From Candidatus Methanoperedens sp. (GTDB lineage: Archaea; Halobacteriota; Methanosarcinia; Methanosarcinales; Methanoperedenaceae), in NCBI GenBank assembly GCA_027460535.1, contig JAPZAR010000022.1:60001-92000 (forward strand): DNA of 32,000 nt. Reading direction: 5' to 3'. The notes under the pieces are model-generated. The model saw only the letters and a list, made by a program, of their open reading frames with translations, searched no databases and was not told where the DNA came from. Positions 8,342 to 15,671 of this stretch are shown piece after piece (position 1 is the first letter of the stretch; every line of letters begins with the position of its first letter). The position numbers and the translations under genes were made by a program.

Positions 8342-10216
8342 GCCGAACTTGACAACAGGACACGCCCATGTACACTTACCGCAATGCGTGCATTTATCAT
8401 TGATCCTGGCAGTGCCGTTGACGCTGATCGCTCGTGCTGCACATTGCCCCACGCAAACTCCGCAGCCAGTGCAAGAAAGGGCACGCATGATCGTTTTTTC
8501 AGCAAGGCCGATCAGTTCCCTGGCACTTATCTCGTCCTTGCCCCGGGCCACTACCGTGCCGCTTGCATAAACATGCACATTATCCTCCCCATTCTGCGAA
8601 AGAATTACGCCATCTATTGCATTTGAATTTCCGATTATCGTGAGGAAACCTGTTTCAGAGATCAGCTGAAGGTTCAATGGCGCACTAAAACTGCCTTCTG
8701 CCGTTATCCCGCCTGTTTTGCATGGCCTGTACCCCACTGTCACAGTAAATTTGACCGGCCTTTTTCCGTATTTTGGGACAAGATTGATTCCTTTTTTCTC
8801 GGCGATCATCCTTATTGACTTGGGAACAACCTGCCAGCGCCAGAAGCCGTACATTACCCATTCTTCAGGCAATCCATTACGGGAAGCATATTCAAGAAGA
8901 TATTTTTCAATCCTGCCATAAAGTTCTGGATGGATTTCTTTCAGGCGCGAAAAATCTGCCATGCTTGCGGAAGGACACAGCCAGCATCCGATGCGGTCAA
9001 ACCCTTGCTCATACAATGGATTGTATTCTGCCTTCTTCCAGAAAAGATACAGCCATACATGCAGGGCAGTCCAGTTCTGGATTGGTGTAGCTCCTATCTG
9101 GTTCCCGACCCAGGGATTCCTCCAGATATGCTCGCTGTTGGCCCGTATCTCGCTTTCGTATTTTCGCTGTCCTATGAATGTAAGGCATCCATTTTCGTAG
9201 TTGTTCTCGATCAATTGCGTTATTGCGCCGAGTTTGCAGACCTTGCAGCACCATCTGGCTTCCACCGTGGGAGGACCGAAATTGTCTATCGACTGCCAGA
9301 ACGAGTCGCCTGAAGAATGCATCCTTAAAGGCAGAGAAAATTCGCTCGCTATCTGCCTGACATTATCGACAGTCTCCTGGAATTCAAGACCTGTATCAGC
9401 AAAAAGAATATCAAATACGGGCGTTGCATCCCGGACAAGAAGCAGTGTGACAAGGCTGTCCTTTCCGCCAGAGTAGGAAACTGTCACCGGTTTGCCCGTC
9501 GTCTCGACGACATTTTTTATGAACTTATGAGATTTCTCCTCAAATTTTCTCAGTATAGGAAGGTTCGCGGCTACGGCATCGTCCCACGTTCTTTTTTCCC
9601 CTTCGTATGATAGCTCTGCCGGCTTTGGGGCGCCATTCCAGCGCGTCTTGACTGCCATGCCCTTTTCATGCGTGAGCATGCGTTCTGCGCTCATCCGTGC
9701 CCTACCAGTGGCGATTACTTCATTTTGCGGCGTGAGTACAATGACCTCGTCGTCCTCGACTATGCTGGCACAAGCTTCATTAACCCCGGGTGCAAGCACT
9801 GAGGCACCTTTTATGATAAAATTAACCGCTCCTTCATCCACAACCAGCCATTTCCTGTTTCCTGCCAGCCGCCGCGCCCCCTCAAGTCTGGGGATAAATA
9901 CCCATCCCATCTTCTCAAGTTCAAAGCGAAGCGAACCCATCACCACGCCGTCAAATATCACCTCATCCATCCTGTCCTCATAGGGCGCCTTGTTCAGAAC
10001 AACGAGCCTGCCCTCTGGTATGAGCTTCTTGCCGAACTGTTCTTCTGTCGTCCTGTTAATGAGGTCGATGTCGTATGGAAAACCCGCCCTTATATCGCCA
10101 GGCGGAGTGATATCTATCTTTTTTGTGGCAACTCCGCAGGCACAGGTTTTCCCCAGCACCGGGAGGTTGCATGAGGGGCACCAGTACAGTAATAGCTCGC
10201 CGAGGTAGTGGGTCAT
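8327..10216 (-). CDS. PAPS-reductase-family PP-loop protein fused to an N-terminal Zn ribbon and PUA domain and a C-terminal 2x[4Fe-4S] ferredoxin domain (paralogue 1)
   Basis: 629 aa. Contains the Zn ribbon CPSCN..CACG, a PUA signature (KGASVLAPGV..EKGMAVKTR), the PP-loop SYSGGKDS, cysteine motifs WCCKVCK and GCWLCP, and the C-terminal CTGCGVCVGQC..CTHCGKCTWACP. Confidence 0.9.
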   Translation of the reverse strand: MTHYLGELLLYWCPSCNLPVLGKTCACGVATKKIDITPPGDIRAGFPYDIDLINRTTEEQFGKKLIPEGRLVVLNKAPYEDRMDEVIFDGVVMGSLRFELEKMGWVFIPRLEGARRLAGNRKWLVVDEGAVNFIIKGASVLAPGVNEACASIVEDDEVIVLTPQNEVIATGRARMSAERMLTHEKGMAVKTRWNGAPKPAELSYEGEKRTWDDAVAANLPILRKFEEKSHKFIKNVVETTGKPVTVSYSGGKDSLVTLLLVRDATPVFDILFADTGLEFQETVDNVRQIASEFSLPLRMHSSGDSFWQSIDNFGPPTVEARWCCKVCKLGAITQLIENNYENGCLTFIGQRKYESEIRANSEHIWRNPWVGNQIGATPIQNWTALHVWLYLFWKKAEYNPLYEQGFDRIGCWLCPSASMADFSRLKEIHPELYGRIEKYLLEYASRNGLPEEWVMYGFWRWQVVPKSIRMIAEKKGINLVPKYGKRPVKFTVTVGYRPCKTGGITAEGSFSAPLNLQLISETGFLTIIGNSNAIDGVILSQNGEDNVHVYASGTVVARGKDEISARELIGLAEKTIMRALSCTGCGVCVGQCAARAISVNGTARINDKCTHCGKCTWACPVVKFGSFTE

Positions 10217-10237
10217 GGGTCTTTCTTGGAGCTTGTA

Positions 10238-10247
10238 CTATATTAAT
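10238..10247 (-). promoter_or_regulatory. Candidate TATA box for paralogue 1 (would give a leaderless or short-leader transcript)
   Basis: The minus strand reads acATTAATATAGtac, 22-31 nt upstream of the ATG at 10216, within the 45-bp gap after the ThrC-family gene. Confidence 0.3.
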
Positions 10248-10261
10248 GTTGATTTCACAAA

Positions 10262-11404
10262 TTATGCCAGCCCATACATATCCTTCAGCCCGTGCCCCGT
10301 AGCAACCACCACAACCGTCCCCTCAAGCTTTTTCTTCATCGCGCCTGCATAAGCGACCGCTCCGCTTGGCTCAACAAAAATCCCGTTCCTTGCAAGCATA
10401 TCCCGCGCTGATAGCGCTTCTTCATCGGAAATCCGGATTGCTTCTCCTCCTGATTCCCGGATAGCCCGCAGCGCTGCAATACCGTCTATGGGGTCTCCAC
10501 ATGCTATGGCAGTGGCTATCGTCCTGGGGTTCTGCACGGGTATAATTTCGCCCAGCTCGTTATCCCAGGCATGTACCACAGGGTCGCAGTTCTCAACCTG
10601 CACGCCGGTTATATGTGGTATCCTATCCGTGATCCCCACGAGCACAAGCTCCCTGAAAGCTTCGAAAATGCTCCATATAAGCGTGCCGTTCCCTACAGGC
10701 ACAACAACATAATCTGGCACATGCCAGTAAAGCTGGTCCGCGATCTCAAAACCAATGGTCTTGGTACCTTCACTGCGCCAGGGATAATCACCTGTCAGGA
10801 ACGAGTCGCTGTTGGAGATAACATACTCCTCTGCTTTTTTCATCGCCTCTGAATAGTCCCCTTCCACAGCTATTGTTTCTGCGCCGTAGGCTTTTATCTG
10901 CGTGATCTTTTCCTTGCCCACGATATCGGGAATGAATACCCTGCACTCAAGTCCTGCGTAAGCCGCATATGCTGCCACGGATGCGCCCATGTTACCTGTC
11001 GAAGCGAGCGCAACCTTGCGTTTCCCGAACTCAAGCGCTTTTGTGATTTCAAGCGACGAGCCGCGGTCTTTAAATGAACCTGTTGGGTTTGATGCCTCAT
11101 ATTTTATCAGCAATCTTCCGGTTTTTGCAAGCCTTTTGTTCTCAAGCAAGGGCGTGCCGCCTTCACCCATGGTGATTATCTTGGAGAGGTCTCTTGCGGG
11201 CATGAAAGCCCAGTACTTCCAGTGAGCAGGTTTAGCGCGCATGAAATCATCGCGCAAAATGATTTTCTGTATAGTCTTGTAGTCATATTCCGCGTCAAGG
11301 GCTGAGCCACAATTGGTGCATCTCGGGATAGTCAGTTTCTCAATTTCCTGCGGCTTGAATTTCCTCATGCAGCGAAAGCACTTGAAACTGGTAACATACA
11401 CCAT
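10262..11404 (-). CDS. thrC: Threonine synthase-family PLP enzyme (ThrC or a ThrC-derived paralogue such as cysteate synthase)
   Basis: 380 aa. It has an N-terminal Zn ribbon (CFRC..CTNCG), the PLP-lysine motif NPTGSFKDRG and a GNMGAS glycine-rich loop. ThrC and cysteate synthase cannot be told apart by eye. Confidence 0.8.
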   Translation of the reverse strand: MVYVTSFKCFRCMRKFKPQEIEKLTIPRCTNCGSALDAEYDYKTIQKIILRDDFMRAKPAHWKYWAFMPARDLSKIITMGEGGTPLLENKRLAKTGRLLIKYEASNPTGSFKDRGSSLEITKALEFGKRKVALASTGNMGASVAAYAAYAGLECRVFIPDIVGKEKITQIKAYGAETIAVEGDYSEAMKKAEEYVISNSDSFLTGDYPWRSEGTKTIGFEIADQLYWHVPDYVVVPVGNGTLIWSIFEAFRELVLVGITDRIPHITGVQVENCDPVVHAWDNELGEIIPVQNPRTIATAIACGDPIDGIAALRAIRESGGEAIRISDEEALSARDMLARNGIFVEPSGAVAYAGAMKKKLEGTVVVVATGHGLKDMYGLA

Positions 11405-11518
11405 ACAGAGTAATTCATGCGCTTTTGATAAATAATATTCGGAAAAAAGTCAATAATAAAAGGTTATCTTTATATTGCAGACGGATTGAATTAAAGCCAA
11501 ATATTTCTTCTTTATCTC

Positions 11519-13435
11519 ATGAAGGAAACAAGATATTTCGAACTTGAAAAAAATCACATTTTCTGGTGCAGAAAGTGTAATGTTCCATTACTTGAAGAGC
11601 AATGCGGAATATGCGGAGAAAAAGGCCATGAAATTGAGCTTTCCCAGCCGGGCGATGTGAGGTTTGCCTCTCCGCACGAACAAAAAATAATCCAGAACCT
11701 TGTCTTAAACTCATTTGGTACCAATCCCATGGAAGGAAAACTCATCCTTCTTAATAAAATTCCCGGGGAAGACAAAACCGATGAGATACTGGTTGACGGT
11801 CTTCATTTCGGAGTTCTGAGATTCGATATGAAGGAACTCAATTTCAAACTCGACCTCATGATCGAGGGAGCAAAGGCGCTCATTGAATCAGGCATCCGGA
11901 AAAAGCTCGTCCTGATTTCTTCTAAAGGCCGCCATCTCAGCGGAAAAGCAATAGATGGAAGCGAAATCCTCGAATGTTCAGAGGACATCGAGAAAGGCGA
12001 TACGGTTCTCGTAATTGACAAGAACCTGAGAGGGTTTGGAATATCGTACAGGCAGGGCAGTGAATTAAAGGCCCCCGGACAATCTCTGAAGATAAAGAAA
12101 ATCGATTCCGGAAAAGCCTATTTTGTGGATAGACAGCCAACCAGGGATGAGATCATCCGTGCCAATGCGCCGCACATGAAATGGCTTGTGAAAGATGCTG
12201 TGAACACGATCCGCGGTATCGCCAACCAGAAAGAGTTCAAAGATTCGCCAGTCTACGTTTCATTCAGCGGCGGCAAGGACAGCCTTACCACGCTTGACCT
12301 TACAAGAAGCGCAGTGAAAAAACCCATAAAAGTGTTCTTCGCGAACACAGGCATCGAGTTCCCGGAAACGATTGAGTTTGTAAGGAGATTCTGTGGAGAG
12401 AATAAAATAGACCTGGCGGAAGTGAAAGCTAAAGATGCTTTCTGGGAAAATCTCCCGAGTTTCGGCCCTCCTGCAAAGGATTTCAGGTGGTGCTGCAAGG
12501 TCTGTAAGCTTGGCCCCATCAACACTGTCATGGAAGAATGCACCCGAGGAGGGCGCAAATGTATCACGATTGATGGGAAAAGGAAATATGAGTCCTTTGT
12601 CCGCTCGCGTATTGCCCCAAAGGAAGAGAACCCATTTATTCCTGGGCAGGTGAGCGTGTTCCCGATACGAGACTGGCGTGCTATGGAAGTATGGCTGTAC
12701 CTGTACTACCGTAAACTGGAATACAATCCTCTATATGACCTTGGCTTTGAGCGTGTGGGATGCTGGCTGTGTCCTGCAGAGCTGAACGCTGAATACTACA
12801 GGTTCAAAGAACTTCATCCGGAGCTGTTCGAGCGCTGGAATGAGTACCTTCTGGATTGGGCCAGGAAAAATGGACTTTCAGATGCATTCATAGAGCGTGG
12901 TTTCTGGCGCTGGAAAATGCTGCCCCCTAAGATGCTCCGTCTCGCAGAGGAACTGGGGATAAGTACTGCATTGAAAGCTGAAGAAAAAGAGTTCAGCATT
13001 GTGGTGACTGGCGGGGTTTCACCCTGCAAGACGGGTGGATACACAATGGAAGGAAAGATTACGGGGCTTTTGCTCTCCGAAGCGCAGAACATCGCAAATA
13101 TGCTCGGGGACAATGTATTCTCGGAAGACCTCGGGGTGCTCCTGATCAAGACAGAGAAATCAAATGTCAAGATATTCTCGTCCGGGCACATATCCGTCAA
13201 TGCTCCTGGAGAGGAAGAGGCCTTAGCGCTTTTTGAAAAGACAGCAAAACAGTTGATCAGAGAAAAAAAATGCACCAAATGTGGTGTGTGTTTGAAAGTC
13301 TGTCCTGTCGGCGCCATAACCATTGAACCGCAATTGAGAATACAGAAGGAGTGCAATAGGTGCGGAAAATGCAGTGAGTCATGCGTTGTTGTGAAATACT
13401 CTGACAGAATATTACCTGGATTCCGTGTACAGTAA
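11519..13435 (+). CDS. PAPS-reductase-family PP-loop protein fused to an N-terminal Zn ribbon and PUA-like domain and a C-terminal 2x[4Fe-4S] ferredoxin domain (paralogue 2)
   Basis: 638 aa with the same architecture as 8327-10216. Contains CRKCN..CGICG, SFSGGKDS, WCCKVCK, GCWLCP and CTKCGVCLKVCP..CNRCGKCSESC. The PUA-equivalent segment is strongly diverged. Confidence 0.9.
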   Translation: MKETRYFELEKNHIFWCRKCNVPLLEEQCGICGEKGHEIELSQPGDVRFASPHEQKIIQNLVLNSFGTNPMEGKLILLNKIPGEDKTDEILVDGLHFGVLRFDMKELNFKLDLMIEGAKALIESGIRKKLVLISSKGRHLSGKAIDGSEILECSEDIEKGDTVLVIDKNLRGFGISYRQGSELKAPGQSLKIKKIDSGKAYFVDRQPTRDEIIRANAPHMKWLVKDAVNTIRGIANQKEFKDSPVYVSFSGGKDSLTTLDLTRSAVKKPIKVFFANTGIEFPETIEFVRRFCGENKIDLAEVKAKDAFWENLPSFGPPAKDFRWCCKVCKLGPINTVMEECTRGGRKCITIDGKRKYESFVRSRIAPKEENPFIPGQVSVFPIRDWRAMEVWLYLYYRKLEYNPLYDLGFERVGCWLCPAELNAEYYRFKELHPELFERWNEYLLDWARKNGLSDAFIERGFWRWKMLPPKMLRLAEELGISTALKAEEKEFSIVVTGGVSPCKTGGYTMEGKITGLLLSEAQNIANMLGDNVFSEDLGVLLIKTEKSNVKIFSSGHISVNAPGEEEALALFEKTAKQLIREKKCTKCGVCLKVCPVGAITIEPQLRIQKECNRCGKCSESCVVVKYSDRILPGFRVQ

Positions 13436-13476
13436 ATGAGGTGTTGACTTACAGCATGGTTATCTGAAAATATAAA

Positions 13477-13493
13477 AGAGGGTTTTACCCTCT
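13477..13493. terminator. Perfect hairpin between convergent genes
   Basis: AGAGGG-TTTTA-CCCTCT (6-bp stem, 5-nt loop) lies in the 73-bp gap between the stops at 13435 (+) and 13509 (-). On the plus strand it is followed by aaatgTTTTc. Confidence 0.35.
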
Positions 13494-13508
13494 AAATGTT
13501 TTCGAAGT

Positions 13509-14306
13509 TCATTCTTTATGCGCTTGCTGGTTCCCATTTTTCAGGTTGCCAGAGACCGAGAGAACAATGTTACCGCTGGAGTCCTTGATGACGATAGTAG
13601 CACTGTCACTGGTACCTGGTTCGCCCGCATCGGTAAAGGTCCACTCTATCGTAGCACCGGAGACACCATTATAGCTGCCAGTACCAGTACCTGTGTAGGT
13701 GTCAAATCCTGCGGCAGGTGGATTAGGTGCAATTGCTGGATCGTCGCTGCAAGTGGCTGTTGTCAGGCTCTCCAGATGGAACTTGTTATTCTTGCCCCAG
13801 TTGACCTGAAGGTTATTGGGTGCTTTGCTGGCATTGCAGTTAAGTTCGAAACCGTGCGTTACTCGTTCACCGTTGGTGGTGAAAACGCTGCCTCCGCCTG
13901 TCATGCGACCTGTTACTTCCATATTGCCGAAGTCTATACCTGTAATAGCCTCCCCTTCTCCAAGAGACACCTGGTAATTTCCTGATGGTACTGGAGCTGT
14001 TTGAGTCCAGCCCACCTGCTGAACCTCTCTCACGATATAGTCGCCGGCACCAAGTCCGCTGAAGATATAGTTGCCGCTACCGTCTGTAAATGTGCTTGTG
14101 GTGATTTCACTAGTTAAATTTGTAAGAATGATTTGCCAGTTTGCAAGCCCCGGTTCTCCCGCGTCATTTTGCCCATTATTATTGAGGTCGTTGAATTTCA
14201 TGCCTGAGATGCTTCCTTGTGCAGAAACTGCACCTGAGAAAAGTGTCATGATAATGACTGTTCCCAGTAGCCCTAATGATATTCTCCATAAACTATTATG
14301 TTTCAT
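13509..14306 (-). CDS. Secreted protein: signal peptide, SdrD-B/Cna-B-like domain, then an unassigned C-terminal domain
   Basis: 265 aa. The N-terminal hydrophobic segment ends in the AVSAQG cleavage-like site. GMKFNDLNNNGQNDAGEPGLANWQIILTN..TDGSGNYIFSGLGAGDYIV matches the SdrD B-like repeat pattern. A strong SD (GGAGGAAACAAA) precedes the ATG. Confidence 0.8.
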   Translation of the reverse strand: MKHNSLWRISLGLLGTVIIMTLFSGAVSAQGSISGMKFNDLNNNGQNDAGEPGLANWQIILTNLTSEITTSTFTDGSGNYIFSGLGAGDYIVREVQQVGWTQTAPVPSGNYQVSLGEGEAITGIDFGNMEVTGRMTGGGSVFTTNGERVTHGFELNCNASKAPNNLQVNWGKNNKFHLESLTTATCSDDPAIAPNPPAAGFDTYTGTGTGSYNGVSGATIEWTFTDAGEPGTSDSATIVIKDSSGNIVLSVSGNLKNGNQQAHKE

Positions 14307-14562
14307 TTTGTTTCCTCCTTTTTATCGGGATACTTACCTTTCGGCAAGGTTATGCTGCCTTGTGTCATTGCGCCTCCCATGTTTTGGCGCTCTTGATGCA
14401 TTCACCGCATCACCCTTGCGGGCAAATCCCCATGCATCTCGGATTTTTTAGATGTGGTTTAAGAAGTGTTCAGGTGCCAGTTTTTAGTGTCGCCCTTCGA
14501 ATATTCAGATTATTTTTAGCACCTGCACGATTAGTATTATTATAATGAAATGGAATTTACTG

Positions 14563-14570
14563 TATATAAA
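14563..14570 (-). promoter_or_regulatory. Candidate TATA box (TTTATATA on the minus strand), far upstream of the secreted-protein gene
   Basis: It is an exact TTTATATA on the minus strand, ~260 nt upstream of the ATG at 14306. If used, it implies a ~230-nt structured leader. The plus-strand reading TATATAAA is also TATA-like, so orientation is ambiguous. Confidence 0.3.
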
Positions 14571-14697
14571 GCTTTGTGGTTATTCTCTGGACTGCAGTCG
14601 GCTGCCTGTATTAAGGCAAGCGCTGGAGCCACAGAGATGGTCAAGTCGATTATCAGAACTCAATCGAAATACTCTTTCTGATTAACTTTTGACCGAT

Positions 14698-15606
14698 TTA
14701 AGAATTTGGAGCGTCAATCTTTATCTTTTCGCTCGGAACAATGCCGCAGCATGCGCCATAATAGTTTATCTCATACCCCTCATCTTTCATAAACCGCATC
14801 GTTCTCACAGTCGGCGCCGCGATGCCGCTCACTCCACTTTGAATGGCGATCTTTTCTATCTCTTCCCTGTCTTTCCCGCTTGAATGGGCGCATCCCAGCA
14901 CGACAGGAGTATCAGGGAATAATTCCACAGCCCTGGTTATGACCCCGGCAAAATCAGAAGGGTTTGGCTTGATGTGCTCCATTGGCGTGCCCGCGACCGG
15001 CATCAGTCCTGTTAGTATCAGGGTCGCCGGCTTTATGTTCTTGATCAATTCAAGGGCGTGAAATTCCCCTCTCAATTCTCCGAAATGAATGCCAACACAA
15101 ACATGAGGGAATACCTGGATTCCTGAATCATCTATGGCATGAAGGCTTTCCAGGTATTGTTTTTCCGAAACATCAAGACCATAAACTTCTCTCGCTGTCG
15201 TCATGTCCCCCAGCACATCGAAACCTATCCCGTCCAGTCCTGAGATTTTTAAAGCGGCCGCCTCTTCACATGCTATAAAACCCGTGTGTGCTATAACCAG
15301 AAGATCAGTTTTTTCTTTGATTGCTTTTATCGCAGGAATTAAATCCTTTATTGGGACTTTCCCATGATTATCGCAACCGCCCGTGAGGAGTATGCCTTTT
15401 GCACCCAGCCTCCGGAAGATTAAAGCTTTTTCTTCAAGTTCATGACACGTTCGCGCGGGGATCAGAGGTTCAAGCAATTTTCCTTTGCAATGCTGGCACA
15501 TCAGGGAGCATTTCTGCCCGGTGACTGAAATTGAAGGGAAGAATCTAGATGTGATAAAGAAATTGATCTTTTTGTGGGATTTCTTCTCAGCCATGTTATA
15601 TTCCAT
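14698..15606 (-). CDS. Radical SAM protein (related to biotin and lipoyl synthases; function unknown)
   Basis: 302 aa with the CX3CX2C motif (CSLMCQHC) near the N-terminus, a TIM-barrel-like alternating pattern, and additional conserved-looking Cys residues including a C-terminal ACCG. Confidence 0.8.
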   Translation of the reverse strand: MEYNMAEKKSHKKINFFITSRFFPSISVTGQKCSLMCQHCKGKLLEPLIPARTCHELEEKALIFRRLGAKGILLTGGCDNHGKVPIKDLIPAIKAIKEKTDLLVIAHTGFIACEEAAALKISGLDGIGFDVLGDMTTAREVYGLDVSEKQYLESLHAIDDSGIQVFPHVCVGIHFGELRGEFHALELIKNIKPATLILTGLMPVAGTPMEHIKPNPSDFAGVITRAVELFPDTPVVLGCAHSSGKDREEIEKIAIQSGVSGIAAPTVRTMRFMKDEGYEINYYGACCGIVPSEKIKIDAPNS

Positions 15607-15639
15607 ATCAAGATAAAAATTGAATGATGTCAGGGAAAG

Positions 15640-15647
15640 TTAAATAA
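15640..15647 (+). promoter_or_regulatory. Candidate TATA box for rfcS
   Basis: agTTAAATAAtac lies 25-32 nt upstream of the ATG at 15672, consistent with a leaderless transcript. Confidence 0.3.
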
Positions 15648-15671
15648 TACTTGCTTCGTATTAAGGTTTGC

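Noticed and set aside
14071-14545. Plus-strand ORFs 14071-14451 and 14276-14545 spanning the long intergenic region
   Set aside because: They begin antisense inside the secreted-protein gene, lack SD or TATA context, and have implausible Cys/Leu/Phe-rich products. The region is treated as non-coding and structured instead.
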